Part shown: piece after piece, positions 19,874-34,427 of the stretch | How the letters are laid out: the number at the start of each line of letters is the position of its first letter | How positions within the stretch are numbered: position 1 is the stretch's first letter | Assembly (NCBI GenBank): GCA_965223705.1 | Contig: OZ245015.1 | Coordinates: 3,200,001 to 3,264,000 of the forward strand | DNA from: Myxococcota bacterium | Lineage (GTDB): Bacteria; Myxococcota_A; UBA9160; UBA6930 | Direction of reading: 5' to 3' | DNA length: 64,000 nucleotides | Translations under genes and position numbers: made by a program | Notes under the pieces: generated by a model | Seen by the model: only the letters and a program-made list of their open reading frames with translations | Told to the model about the DNA's origin: nothing | Database searches by the model: none

Positions 19874-21004
19874 CTACAACTCGCCGCTCAGTGTGTGGAG
19901 AAAGTCGATGAGTTGTTGTTGTTGGCCTGCATCGATCGCCAACGAACTGGGCAGCTCGTGGCTCGAACGCGACTTGTCCGGAGGGCGAACGTAGTGGCGA
20001 ACGACTTCGGCGAGTGTCTTGAAGCGTCCGTCGTGCATATAGGGCGCCGTCGCTTTCAGGTTTCGCAAGCCCGGAGTGAGGAACGCACCGCGCATGAGCG
20101 AAGGCACTTCCGTTTTCAATGACTGGGCTACCGGCGTGCAATCGCCGCCGATTTGGAACCGCTCGGACGCGTTCATGCAACTCCAGGGTGACACTTCGAG
20201 TGCGGACGCTGCCGCCGCGCGACCGAGGTCTTCGCTCGGCCGGCCGAGATCACCGGTTCCGATGTTGTGGAACCGCCCATCTCGAAACAGGGGACCGTTG
20301 TGGCACGACGCACAACCGGCGGCGCCGCTGATGAACACGCGCAGCCCCGCCACCTCGTCGCCGGCAAGCCATGAGGTTTCGGGCGGTTCGTCGGGCGAGG
20401 CCGCTACGGCGGCGACGTACCGATCAAAGCGGGTCGGCGGGGACAGCAGGGTCCTCTCGAAGGTCGCGATCGCCCTACCCAAATGGACGAAGGCGAGGTC
20501 CACGCCATGCGCGCTCGTCGAAGCCCCAAAACTCGCGCGATAGAGCTCTTCGAGGCGCGCATCGGACCGAACGAAGTCGACGACAGCCGCGCGGTTCCCG
20601 GCCATCTCATCCGCCGCCTCGATCGCCATCAGCGCTTGTGCCCACAAGCTGTCCGCTCGCCCGTCCCATAGAAGCCAACGGGAGAAGGCTACGTCGAGAA
20701 GGCTCGGCGTGTTGCGCCGGAGGGGCTTCAGTCCGCGAGCGGTCGGCAACCCGTCGGCAAAACTCCGCTCGGGGATGTGGCAGGTACTGCACGCGACTTC
20801 GCCCGACCCGCTGAGCGCCGGCTCGAAAAACAAACGGCGTCCCAATTCGACAGCTGGAGCGGGTGCCTCCGGTAGATCCGGGAGCGCGCTGATCGAAAAA
20901 CTTGCGAGCAAAGCGCGCTGCGCGGGAGACCATGGCTCAGATAGGGCGTCGACCGAGGTCAAGAGCACCACCGCGACCGCGGCCTCGAGCCACCAACGGT
21001 TCAT
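19874..21004 (-). CDS. Di-haem cytochrome c peroxidase/MauG family protein
   Basis: Signal peptide, then LGRRLFFEPALS, CSTCH, RNTPSL, WDGRADSLWAQ, CASCH and FLTPGLRNLKATAPYMHDG. Confidence 0.9.
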   Translation of the reverse strand: MNRWWLEAAVAVVLLTSVDALSEPWSPAQRALLASFSISALPDLPEAPAPAVELGRRLFFEPALSGSGEVACSTCHIPERSFADGLPTARGLKPLRRNTPSLLDVAFSRWLLWDGRADSLWAQALMAIEAADEMAGNRAAVVDFVRSDARLEELYRASFGASTSAHGVDLAFVHLGRAIATFERTLLSPPTRFDRYVAAVAASPDEPPETSWLAGDEVAGLRVFISGAAGCASCHNGPLFRDGRFHNIGTGDLGRPSEDLGRAAAASALEVSPWSCMNASERFQIGGDCTPVAQSLKTEVPSLMRGAFLTPGLRNLKATAPYMHDGRFKTLAEVVRHYVRPPDKSRSSHELPSSLAIDAGQQQQLIDFLHTLSGEL

Positions 21005-21041
21005 TCGGAACACCGTCACCGGGCCACGATACACTGCGCGA

Positions 21042-22310
21042 ATGCGGAGCGAGATCCCCGCGCCGGTCAGAGCGTTCCTCGCGGCTTTCCTCCTCATCGC
21101 CGCCGCCTGCGATCGCGGCGCTCCGCCGGTGAATCCCGCGGAGCTCGAGATCTTGCGTAGCCTGTCCATCGCTGTACCCGAACCGTTGCCCGCCTCGGTC
21201 TCGAACCGCGTCGGAGACGATCCGGCGGCCGCTCGCCTCGGACACGCGCTCTTCTTCGACCCCGGCCTCAGCCGGGGCGGGGCCGTCGCTTGCGCGACGT
21301 GCCACGAACCGACGCGCTACTTCACCGATGGGCTCCCCCAATCCCAGGGGCTCGGTCGAATGACGCGAAACGCGCCGACGTTGGTCGGCGCCGCCTACGC
21401 CCCTTGGCAGTTCTGGGACGGCCGTCGCGACAGCCTGTGGGCACAAGCTCTCGCGCCGCTCGAAGCACCGCGGGAAATGGGCGGAACACGCCTCGGTGTG
21501 GTCCGCTACGTCACGCGAACGTCGCGACACGCGGAGGCGTACGCTGCGCTCTTCGGTGAACCGCCGATGGTCAGCGACCTTCCAGCCGAGGCTTCGCCGT
21601 TCGGTTCCGCGAAAGAACGATCGGCTTGGGCGTCGGTGTCGCCGGCGCGACAACACGCGGTCGACACGGCGTTCGCGAATATCGGCAAGGCACTCGGTGC
21701 GTACCAGCGGCAGCTTCTGCCGAAGGCAGGGCCTTTCGATCGAGCGATCGCCGCACTTGCGCGAGGCGACCTGAGCGAGGCTCGACACCTCGATCCCGAG
21801 GTCTGGGAAGGAGCGCGCCTGTTCGCCGACAACGCGCGCACCCAGTGTCTTCGCTGCCACAACGGCCCTTTGTTGACGAACCAAAGCTTTCACCGGATCG
21901 CAACGTCCCAGGGCGAAGGCGCGCGAGACCTCGGTCGCTTCATCGGTATCCAGGCGGTACTCCTCGATCCGTTCAATTGCGCCGGTCCGTTCAGCGACGC
22001 AGCTCCGGAGCAGTGTCGGGAGTTGCGTTTCGTATCGCGGCGACACATCGAGGAACTCCAGGGTGCGTTCAAAACCCCGACCCTCCGCGGCTTGGCGAAG
22101 AGTGGGCCCTACATGCACGACGGGCGCTTCGACACGCTCGTCGAAGTGATGGAGCACTATCGAAACCCGCCGCCGCCCCAACGCGAGCCGCATGAGCTCA
22201 TACCGCTCGAGATGTCGGACGAAGAAGTGGCCGCGATGGTGGTATTCCTCCTCGCGCTCGGCGACGAGGTGGCGGCCGAGCCACACTGGCTAGTCGCTCC
22301 GTCGGATTGA
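21042..22310 (+). CDS. Di-haem cytochrome c peroxidase/MauG family lipoprotein
   Basis: Lipobox AAAC, then LGHALFFDPGLS, CATCH, RNAPTL, FWDGRRDSLWAQ, CLRCH and FKTPTLRGLAKSGPYMHDG. Confidence 0.9.
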   Translation: MRSEIPAPVRAFLAAFLLIAAACDRGAPPVNPAELEILRSLSIAVPEPLPASVSNRVGDDPAAARLGHALFFDPGLSRGGAVACATCHEPTRYFTDGLPQSQGLGRMTRNAPTLVGAAYAPWQFWDGRRDSLWAQALAPLEAPREMGGTRLGVVRYVTRTSRHAEAYAALFGEPPMVSDLPAEASPFGSAKERSAWASVSPARQHAVDTAFANIGKALGAYQRQLLPKAGPFDRAIAALARGDLSEARHLDPEVWEGARLFADNARTQCLRCHNGPLLTNQSFHRIATSQGEGARDLGRFIGIQAVLLDPFNCAGPFSDAAPEQCRELRFVSRRHIEELQGAFKTPTLRGLAKSGPYMHDGRFDTLVEVMEHYRNPPPPQREPHELIPLEMSDEEVAAMVVFLLALGDEVAAEPHWLVAPSD

Positions 22311-22329
22311 GTGGGGCTACACTCGAGGC

Positions 22330-23481
22330 ATGGCGTTCAGCTTCTCCGACGAGCAAGAGGAATTTCGCGGCGTCGTTCGGCGCTTCCTCGAACAGAAGTC
22401 ACCCCCGACGGAAGTCAGGCGTTTGATGGAGGAAGACGCGGGTTACGACCCGGCGGTCTGGCGGCAGCTTTCCGAGGAACTGGGCCTCCCCGGGTTGGCG
22501 ATCCCGGAGGCGTACGGAGGGCAAGGGTTCAGCTTTGTCGAGCAGTGCATCGTGCTCGAAGAGATGGGGCGTGCTCTCTTGTGCGCGCCCTACCTGAGCT
22601 CATCCGTCCTCGCCGCGCACGCGATTCTGCTCGGTGCGACCGAAGCGCAGAAGAAAGAGTGGCTCCCCGACCTCGCGTCGGGCACCCGCTTGACGACGCT
22701 GGCTTGGGCCGAGCCCGGTGGCGGCTTCCACACCGCCGGAGTCTCGATGCGCGCGAAGAACGCGGGCGGCGGCGGGTACCGACTCGACGGCGCGAAGACC
22801 TTCGTCCCCGACGGTCATATCGCCGAGCGGCTGATCGTCGCCGCTCGGACCGCGGTGGACGCGGAGCCCTCGCTATTCGCGGTCGACGCTACGTCACCGG
22901 GTCTCGAAAGGCGCTTGCTCAAGACGCTCGATCCGACGCGAAAGCTCGCCGAGATCGCCTTTTCGGACGTTCCCGCTGAGGTGCTGGGCGAAACGGATTC
23001 CGGAGGAAGCGCACTGGCTACCGCGCTCGATATCGGCGCCGTTGCCCTCGCGAACGAATCCGTCGGCGGTGCGGCGAAAGTGCTCGAAACTTCCGTCGAG
23101 TACGCGAAGACGCGGATGCAGTTCGGGCAGCCGATCGGGACGTTCCAGGCGATCAAGCACAAGTGCGCGGACGTGCTGCTCGACGTGGAGCTCGCGAAAT
23201 CGGCGGCCTACTACGCAGCCACGGCTGTGGCCGAAGCCGACCCGGAACTTCGCGAGATCGCGTCGCTCGCGAAGGCCCTGTGTTCGGACGCCTATCTGAA
23301 AGCCGCGGCGGAGAACATCCAGATTCACGGCGGCGTCGGATTTACGTGGGAGTACGACGCACACCTCTATTTCAAGCGGGCGAAGGCATCGGAGGTGTTT
23401 CTCGGTACCCCGGCGATGCACCGCGAGCGCTACGCACAGTGCATCGGAATGGGACCCATCGGGGGAGGAACGGCCGAATGA
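22330..23481 (+). CDS. Acyl-CoA dehydrogenase family protein
   Basis: Motifs YAKTRMQFGQPIGTFQAIKH and IQIHGGVGFTWEYDAHLYFKRA. Confidence 0.92.
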   Translation: MAFSFSDEQEEFRGVVRRFLEQKSPPTEVRRLMEEDAGYDPAVWRQLSEELGLPGLAIPEAYGGQGFSFVEQCIVLEEMGRALLCAPYLSSSVLAAHAILLGATEAQKKEWLPDLASGTRLTTLAWAEPGGGFHTAGVSMRAKNAGGGGYRLDGAKTFVPDGHIAERLIVAARTAVDAEPSLFAVDATSPGLERRLLKTLDPTRKLAEIAFSDVPAEVLGETDSGGSALATALDIGAVALANESVGGAAKVLETSVEYAKTRMQFGQPIGTFQAIKHKCADVLLDVELAKSAAYYAATAVAEADPELREIASLAKALCSDAYLKAAAENIQIHGGVGFTWEYDAHLYFKRAKASEVFLGTPAMHRERYAQCIGMGPIGGGTAE

Positions 23482-24731
23482 GCGACGTCACGGAAGAAGT
23501 GGTTCGCAGTGAAGTCCGCGCTTGGCTCGAAGAACATTGGGATCCGAATCGGTCGCTTCTCGAATGGAGAAACCTTCTCGCAGATTCCGGCTGGGCCACC
23601 CCGACGTGGCCGAAAGAGTGGTACGGGCGCGGTCTCCCCGTCGCCCTCGGCGACGCGGTCGCGGACGAATTCCGGAAGATCGGAGCCGTCGGCCTTCCCG
23701 GTGGCGTCGGGGCCGGCCTCGCGGCGTCGACGCTCCTCGAGCACGGTTCGGACGAACTCAAGCGGAGCTTGTTGCGGCCCATCATCACGGGTGAGGATTC
23801 CTGGTGTCAGCTCTTCAGCGAGCCCGGCAGTGGTTCCGACCTGGCAGGCCTCACGACACGAGCCGATCGTGACGGAGATGAGTGGGTCGTCAACGGGCAA
23901 AAGGTCTGGAACACCAGCGCACACCACGCAAAGTGGGGAATGCTTCTCGCGCGCACGGACTGGGACGTTCCGAAACACAGCGGCATCAGCTACTTCGTGA
24001 TCGACATGCATCAGCCGGGCATCACGATCCGCCCGCTCCGGCAGATGAACGGCTACGCATCGTTCAACGAAGTCTTCATGGAGGACGCGCGGGTGCCCGC
24101 GCAAAACGTGGTCGGCGAAATCAACCGCGGCTGGACCGTCGCGTTGACTACGCTCGCGCACGAACGCCGCTTGTCACGCATTGGCGGCCGCAAAGTCAAG
24201 GGAGAGGGCCGCGCCCTCGACGAATACCGCGCGGAACTCGACGAAGTGATGGAGCCCTACGTCTGGTACCCGCAACGAGCGGGGCGACCCGATCTGGTCC
24301 TGTCCCGTGCCGAGGAGACCGGACGCGCCGGCGACCCGACGGTGCGCCAGGAAACCGCGAAGCTCATGGCGCTTGTGCGTGCTTCGGAGTGGACGTTCCA
24401 GCGGGCCAAGGCGGCGCAGAAACTCGGCCGGCCTCCCGGACCGGAGGGCTCGTTGGGCAAGCTCTGCACGAGTCATATCGCGCGGGCTTCCGCTGCGGTC
24501 CACACGTTGATTTCCGAAGGCTCTGCGTTGCTTGCGGGAGACGACGCCCCGCTCGACGGCACGATCGCGGAGATCTTGATCTCGGTTCCGGCGCAATCAA
24601 TCGCCGGCGGCACGGACGAGATTCAGCGAAATATCTTGGCCGAGCGCGTTCTCGGGTTGCCCCGTGGCCCCTCGGCGGATTCGAAGAAACCGTTTCGAGA
24701 CGTGCCGAAAAACTTGGCGACACCGGACTAG
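23478..24731 (+). CDS. Acyl-CoA dehydrogenase family protein
   Basis: Motifs WCQLFSEPGSGSDLA, VNGQKVWNT and IAGGTDEIQRNILAERVLGLP. ATGA overlap with the upstream ACAD. Confidence 0.92.
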   Translation: MSDVTEEVVRSEVRAWLEEHWDPNRSLLEWRNLLADSGWATPTWPKEWYGRGLPVALGDAVADEFRKIGAVGLPGGVGAGLAASTLLEHGSDELKRSLLRPIITGEDSWCQLFSEPGSGSDLAGLTTRADRDGDEWVVNGQKVWNTSAHHAKWGMLLARTDWDVPKHSGISYFVIDMHQPGITIRPLRQMNGYASFNEVFMEDARVPAQNVVGEINRGWTVALTTLAHERRLSRIGGRKVKGEGRALDEYRAELDEVMEPYVWYPQRAGRPDLVLSRAEETGRAGDPTVRQETAKLMALVRASEWTFQRAKAAQKLGRPPGPEGSLGKLCTSHIARASAAVHTLISEGSALLAGDDAPLDGTIAEILISVPAQSIAGGTDEIQRNILAERVLGLPRGPSADSKKPFRDVPKNLATPD

Positions 24732-25804
24732 TAGATCTTCATCACCTCGGTGAAGTCCCGCATCGTCTCGCGCAGCCCGGTGAGACTCGGCAGAATCGAG
24801 AACTCATCGAGCCCGGCCGCCTCGGCCTTGTGGAGGCGATCGGCGATCTCCGCCGGCTCGCCGACCATGCACACGCCGCGCACCGTGTCTTCGGTAATGA
24901 ACCGACGCTCGTCGGGCGGATAAAACGTACAGTGACCGTCGTGGATCCTTAAGTGCCGCCTGTCTTTCGGCCCGTCCATGTTGTCGACGTGGTCGCAGTA
25001 CTCCTCCCACACTCCGTGAAAGTACTCGGGAATCATCTCTTCGTTTCGCGTGTACTGATAGATCTCGTAGACGAAGTGCAAGATCGCGACGGTCCAAGCC
25101 CCGCAGTTCTCGACGACGCGATCGGACGTGGCCGCTTCACCGGGTCGCAGAACGGCCGCGTTCGTCAGCGTCGAGGCGTAGTAGTCGTCGGGTAGCTTGC
25201 GGCCGGCCGCTTCCGCCCCCGCTCTCACCATTCCGAGGTGATACGCGAGCGCTTCCGGATCCTCGTTGAACGCTGCGATCAGCCCGTCTCCGTACTCGCC
25301 CGCGGCGGCGAGGGCCTTCGGACCGTTCGCCGCGACGTAGATCGGCACGGGCTGCTCCGTGTTGCGAAAGCCCAGGTCTTTGTGGATGAAATCGATCGTG
25401 CGGGTGACGCCGTCCAAGGTGTACTCGACGGCCTCGCCGTGAAGAAGCGCCCGCAAAACGCGCAGATACTCCCGGAAATCGGCGACCTTCATCGGATCCA
25501 TACCCATCACGCGCATGGCGGTATGCCCGGTCCCGATGCCGATAAACACCCGCCCCGGGGCAATCTGATTGATCGAGGCGATCGAATGCGCCGTCACCGG
25601 CGCGAGGCGCGTGCCCGCGATCGACACCCCTGTACCGAGTCGGATCCGAGACGTCGTGTGAGCCGCCAAGGCCATGGTGGCGTAGCAATCCGACCAGACC
25701 ATCTGAGTGTCCGGTAGCCAAGCCGCGTCGTAACCGAGCTCTTCGATCTCCTTGTAGACCTGCCAATCGTCGATCTTCGTTTGAACGGTGATGCTGAATT
25801 TCAT
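24728..25804 (-). CDS. LLM-class (luciferase-like) flavin/F420-dependent oxidoreductase
   Basis: Motifs TSRIRLGTGV, APGRVFIGIGTG and PIYVAANGPKALAAAGEYGDG. Confidence 0.88.
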   Translation of the reverse strand: MKFSITVQTKIDDWQVYKEIEELGYDAAWLPDTQMVWSDCYATMALAAHTTSRIRLGTGVSIAGTRLAPVTAHSIASINQIAPGRVFIGIGTGHTAMRVMGMDPMKVADFREYLRVLRALLHGEAVEYTLDGVTRTIDFIHKDLGFRNTEQPVPIYVAANGPKALAAAGEYGDGLIAAFNEDPEALAYHLGMVRAGAEAAGRKLPDDYYASTLTNAAVLRPGEAATSDRVVENCGAWTVAILHFVYEIYQYTRNEEMIPEYFHGVWEEYCDHVDNMDGPKDRRHLRIHDGHCTFYPPDERRFITEDTVRGVCMVGEPAEIADRLHKAEAAGLDEFSILPSLTGLRETMRDFTEVMKIY

Positions 25805-25918
25805 CGGGGCGCCTCCGCGTTAGGCGGAGCCTAGCGCGCTGAGGACACGCAGCTGCGGGCCCCTTTTTGTGGTAGACCTCCGCTCGAATTCCGTTGCTTT
25901 TTACGCGTTGAGGAATGA

Positions 25919-30059
<4,141 letters not shown>

Positions 30060-30063
<4 letters not shown>

Positions 30064-31880
30064 CGGAGGTCTAGCCCCTTGAGCCCGCCGTCGTCGCGCC
30101 ACGCTTTCAGGATCTCGAAGAACTCGACCGGCCCTCCGCCGTAGACGTTCGAGAGAAAGCCGCTTTCAGCATCGAGGTTCCCCTCGTTGTTGTAGTAGCC
30201 CGGCGTGCATTCCGCAAAGAAACGACGACCGAGTCGCGCCTTTCGCTTGATCGTCTCGACCCACGCTTCTTCCGCTTCGACGCTTGCCTCCACGGTCTCG
30301 GCGCCGCGCTCACGCGTCTGGCCGATGGTATGGGCGATCTGTTTCGCTTGTTCGTTCAACAGGTGCGGGAAGTTCGGCGAGAGGCCGCTTTGAATGAGGC
30401 CCATAAAATAGCAGTTCGGAAAACCGTGTACGTGTAGCCCGTGGAAGGTTCGCGGTCCGTGCGACCATTTCTCCGTAAGCGTCATCCCCTCGCGGCCCAC
30501 GACTTCGTAGCCGGTACGACGCGTGTACGCGGTACCGACTTCAAAGCCCGTGGCAAAAATGATGCAATCGACCTCGTAGTGAATGCCCTGGGCGACGAGA
30601 CCCGTCTCGGTGACGCGCTCGACGCCCTGCCCCCCCGTATCCACCAGCGTCACGTTGTCGCGGTTGTAGGTATCCAAGTACTCATCGTGGTAACAAGGTC
30701 GCTTGCAGAACTGGCGGTAGTAGGGCTTTAGCGACTCTGCGGTGACCGGGTCTTTTACGATCTCGTCGACGCGGCTGCGAACTTGCTCCATTTTTTCGAA
30801 GTCCGCGATCTCGGTCATCGCGGCGATCTGCTCCTTCGACATACTCTCGTAGCCATCCGGCGGAACGATCTGCGCGAGTTTTCGGTAGATCTCCGTCCAG
30901 CCATCGCCGACGAGATCCTCCTTTTGGTAGCCACCGCTCACGAGGACATTGAAGTTTTCCATCCGCCGCTGCTGCCAACCCGGCTCGAGTGTTTCCGCCC
31001 ACTCGGGGTCCGTCGCGCGGTTCGCGCGAACGTCCACCGAGGACGGCGTGCGCTGGAAGACGTAGAGATGCTTCGCTCCCTCGCCCAAATGGGGGATGCA
31101 TTGGATCGCTGTGGCGCCGGTTCCGATGATCGCTATGCGCTTGTCGCCCAAGCGATCGAGCCCGCCATCCGAGTCCCCGCCGGTGTACGCGTAGTCCCAA
31201 CGGCTCGTGTGGAAGGTGTGGCCCTTGAATTCCCGAATGCCCGGGATTCCGGGCAGCTTCGGGCGGTTCAAGGGACCGTTTGACATCGCGACGAAACGCG
31301 CCCGCAAGCGGTCGCCGCGATCGGTGGACACGATCCAGCGGGACGAATCTGCGTCCCAGCGGAGCTCGGTGACTTCGGTCTGCAAGCAGGCATTGTCGTA
31401 GAGACCGTAGTGGCGGGCGATTCTTCGGGAATAGTCGAGGATTTCGGGCGCGTGGGAATACTTCTCTTTCGGGACGTACCCCATCTCCTCCAACAAGGGG
31501 AAGTAGATGTAGGATTCGATGTCACACATCGCGCCGGGATAGCGATTCCAGTACCAGGTCCCGCCGAAGTCTCCCCCTTTTTCGATCACGCAGAGATTCG
31601 TGATGCCGGCTTCTTTCAAGCGCGCCGCCGCCAATAGACCGCCAAATCCCCCGCCGATGATTGCGACTTCGATCTCGTCACTTCGCGCCGTTCGGTTCGC
31701 CTCGGCGGCGACGTACGGATCCTCATCGTAACGCTCGAACTCGCCCGCGATCTCCTGGTACTGCCGGTTGCCATCCTCTCGGATCCGCTTGTCGCGCTCT
31801 TCGCGGTACTTCGCGCGCAGGAGGTCGGGGTCGAAGGGAAGAGTCGAGGTATCCATCAAATCTCGGATCTGCTGCGTCAC
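30060..31880 (-). CDS. Baeyer-Villiger monooxygenase
   Basis: Motifs GGGFGG, GGTWYWNRYPG, FKGHTFHTSRWD, GTGATA and ECTPGYYNNEG. Confidence 0.93.
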
Positions 31881-31932
31881 GGTGTGTTCCTCTCTTCGGG
31901 TTCGCGCGGCAGGATAGCGCTCGCGAGGGGGG

Positions 31933-32682
31933 TCAGAACCAGAAGCGAAAGCCCGCGACCAAGCTGAAGGCGCGCCGTTCTTCGCCGGAACGCCTCGCCG
32001 CGTCTTCGGTCCCGCCCATCAATTGATACCAATGAGCGCCGACGTAAGGGGCGAACTCCCGCTTCCACTCGTAACGAAGACGCAAGCCGAGCTCGAGTTC
32101 ACTCAGGCCACTGCCGATTCCGAACTCATCGGCGGACGACGCCGCTCCTTCGATCTCGAGTCGAGGCTCGAGAATTGCGCGTCGTGTGATCCGCACATCG
32201 CGCGCCGCGGTCAAGCGCAACGAGAGGTCGCCGTCGTCGCTGAAGAACACCTCTGGCGTGAGATCAAAGCCGTAGGGCGCGTGCCCTCGGAAGCCTACCG
32301 CGGCGAACGCACGTCCGCGGTCGGTCTCTGGCCCGAAAGCAAGATCCTGGCGAATCCCGAAACGGACGTCCCAAAACGGTGTCAGCGATCGGCCGTACAG
32401 GAGTTGCACCTCTGCTTCGCCCCCCGCGGCGCGCGATGTGCGATGCTCGCCCTCCGTCCGGAGCCAGAGTTTGTGGAGGTCGCCACCGACGAACCCTTCG
32501 ACCTCCCAACGCAGCAGCTCCTCCCCGTCACTCAGCCGGAACTCGAGCTGCTCGGCGATGAGGAAATGAAGAAGACGGTCGCCGTGCGGCATAGCGCCAT
32601 GCCGGGTCGCTTGGGACGCCGCGCCCTCCGGGCACACGACGAAGAGGGCGACCATCAAAAACGCAGCGCACTTCTCGGTCAC
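31933..32682 (-). CDS. copB: Copper resistance protein B (CopB/PcoB outer-membrane protein)
   Basis: Motifs KLWLRTEGE, EVQLLYGR and GLRLRYEWKREFAPYVG, with a C-terminal FWF. Directly follows the multicopper oxidase. Confidence 0.88.
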   Translation of the reverse strand: MTEKCAAFLMVALFVVCPEGAASQATRHGAMPHGDRLLHFLIAEQLEFRLSDGEELLRWEVEGFVGGDLHKLWLRTEGEHRTSRAAGGEAEVQLLYGRSLTPFWDVRFGIRQDLAFGPETDRGRAFAAVGFRGHAPYGFDLTPEVFFSDDGDLSLRLTAARDVRITRRAILEPRLEIEGAASSADEFGIGSGLSELELGLRLRYEWKREFAPYVGAHWYQLMGGTEDAARRSGEERRAFSLVAGFRFWF

Positions 32683-34427
32683 GAAGCGTCTCGGGGCGGA
32701 TTGCCCACCTCGATCACTCGAAACATGCCCATTTCCATGTGGTAGAGAAGGTGGCAGTGGAACGCCCAGGGGCCGGGTTCGACTGCATCGATTTGAAGTG
32801 CCATTCGCTCCGCGGGTTTGACGCTGACCGTGTGCTTGAATGGTGCCTTCGGACCGTGCCCATTCTCGAGTTGCATGAACATGCCGTGCAGGTGAATCGG
32901 ATGTTCCATCATCGTGTCATTCACCAAGATCAAACGAACGCGCTCGCCGTAGTTCCAGCGGATCGGACCATCGACTTCGGAAAACTTCTTGCCGTCGAAC
33001 GACCACATGTACCGTTCCATGTTTCCGGTCAAGTGAAGTTCGAGCTCTCGGTCAACGGGACGCTCGGGGAGCGGCGGTTCGAGGGCGCGGAGATCTCGAT
33101 ACACGAGCACACGGTGCGGTAGGCCGGCAAGGCCGATGCCGGGTTCGCCGAGCCGATCTCGCGAAAACTCGGCGACTCCGATGTTGCCGAAGCCGTGACG
33201 ATCGGGGCCGTGGGGGACGCCCATATCGACCATCGGATGGTGACCGTCCATCGAGCGGTGGCCCTCGTAGTGGTCGGCCTCCATCGAGCCGTGGCTCGCG
33301 TGGTGCCCCGGTGCCATCGCGTGCCCCATATCCGCCATCGTGCGAACGGGCGGTTCACGGAGCTCGGGAACGGCTGCTTCGGTGTGCGCTGCACCCGGAG
33401 AGAGCGTGCCCCGCGCAAATCCGCTCCGGTCCATCGACTCGGCGAATACGGTGTACGCGCGATCTTCGGTGGGCTCGACGACGACGTCGAATGTTTCGGC
33501 GACGCCGATCTGAAACTCATCCGTCTCGACCGGTTCGACCCGAGGACCGTCCGCCGCGACTACGGTCATTGGAAGTCCGGGAATCCGTACATTGAAGAAC
33601 GTCATCGCGGCGGCGTTGATGAATCGCAAGCGAACGCGCTCCCCGGGACGGAACGCGCCGGTCCAGTTGCCATCGGGGTGAACGCCGTTCATCAAATACG
33701 TGTAGGTGGCACCCGTGACGTCGGCGATATCCGTGGGGTCCATTCTCATGGCACTCCATGCAGCGCGATCCTTCCACGCTGCCGCGAGACCCGACGTCGC
33801 GGCGTCCTTCAGGAAATCGCCGAGCGTCTGGCTCGACGTGTTGTAGTAGTGGCTCAATTTCTTGAGTTTGTCCGCGACGGTGCGTGGATCTTCGAACGTC
33901 CAATCGGAAAGCAGCACGACGTAGTCTCGATCGATGTGAAGGTCGTCGTCTTTGGCGGGGTGAATGACGAGCGGGCCGTACGCACCCGATTGTTCCTGTA
34001 GCCCGGAGTGACTGTGGTACCAGTACGTTCCGTTTTGCCGGACGGGGAAGCGCGCCTCGAACGACTCTCCCGGCGCGACTCCCGGGAACACGACGCCGGG
34101 GACACCGTCCATTTCGAACGGCAAGAGAATGCCGTGCCAGTGAATCGACGTGTCGACCGCCATTTCGTTGGTCACCCGAAGCACCGCGTCTTCGCCCTCG
34201 CGCAACTCGATCAGCGGTCCGGGAACCGAGCCGTTGATCGTCACCGCGGAGCCCGTTCCGCCGGCAATCGAAATCGCTTCCGCGCGAACCGCGAGTTCTC
34301 GCGCACCCCGCCCAGCCCCAACACGGGCGTCGAATGGCTTGGGGAGGGGCCCAGCCCACGATGCGGTTGAACGTCCGCCGAGCAGGCTCGCGGCGACGGC
34401 TCCTTGAATAAAACGTCGTCGATTCAT
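32679..34427 (-). CDS. copA: Copper resistance multicopper oxidase (CopA/PcoA), Tat-exported
   Basis: Tat signal RRRFI and cupredoxin motifs HWHG, WYHSH, HPIHLHG and [12 protein letters not shown]. His/Met-rich linker. Confidence 0.95.
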   Translation of the reverse strand: MNRRRFIQGAVAASLLGGRSTASWAGPLPKPFDARVGAGRGARELAVRAEAISIAGGTGSAVTINGSVPGPLIELREGEDAVLRVTNEMAVDTSIHWHGILLPFEMDGVPGVVFPGVAPGESFEARFPVRQNGTYWYHSHSGLQEQSGAYGPLVIHPAKDDDLHIDRDYVVLLSDWTFEDPRTVADKLKKLSHYYNTSSQTLGDFLKDAATSGLAAAWKDRAAWSAMRMDPTDIADVTGATYTYLMNGVHPDGNWTGAFRPGERVRLRFINAAAMTFFNVRIPGLPMTVVAADGPRVEPVETDEFQIGVAETFDVVVEPTEDRAYTVFAESMDRSGFARGTLSPGAAHTEAAVPELREPPVRTMADMGHAMAPGHHASHGSMEADHYEGHRSMDGHHPMVDMGVPHGPDRHGFGNIGVAEFSRDRLGEPGIGLAGLPHRVLVYRDLRALEPPLPERPVDRELELHLTGNMERYMWSFDGKKFSEVDGPIRWNYGERVRLILVNDTMMEHPIHLHGMFMQLENGHGPKAPFKHTVSVKPAERMALQIDAVEPGPWAFHCHLLYHMEMGMFRVIEVGNPPRDAS

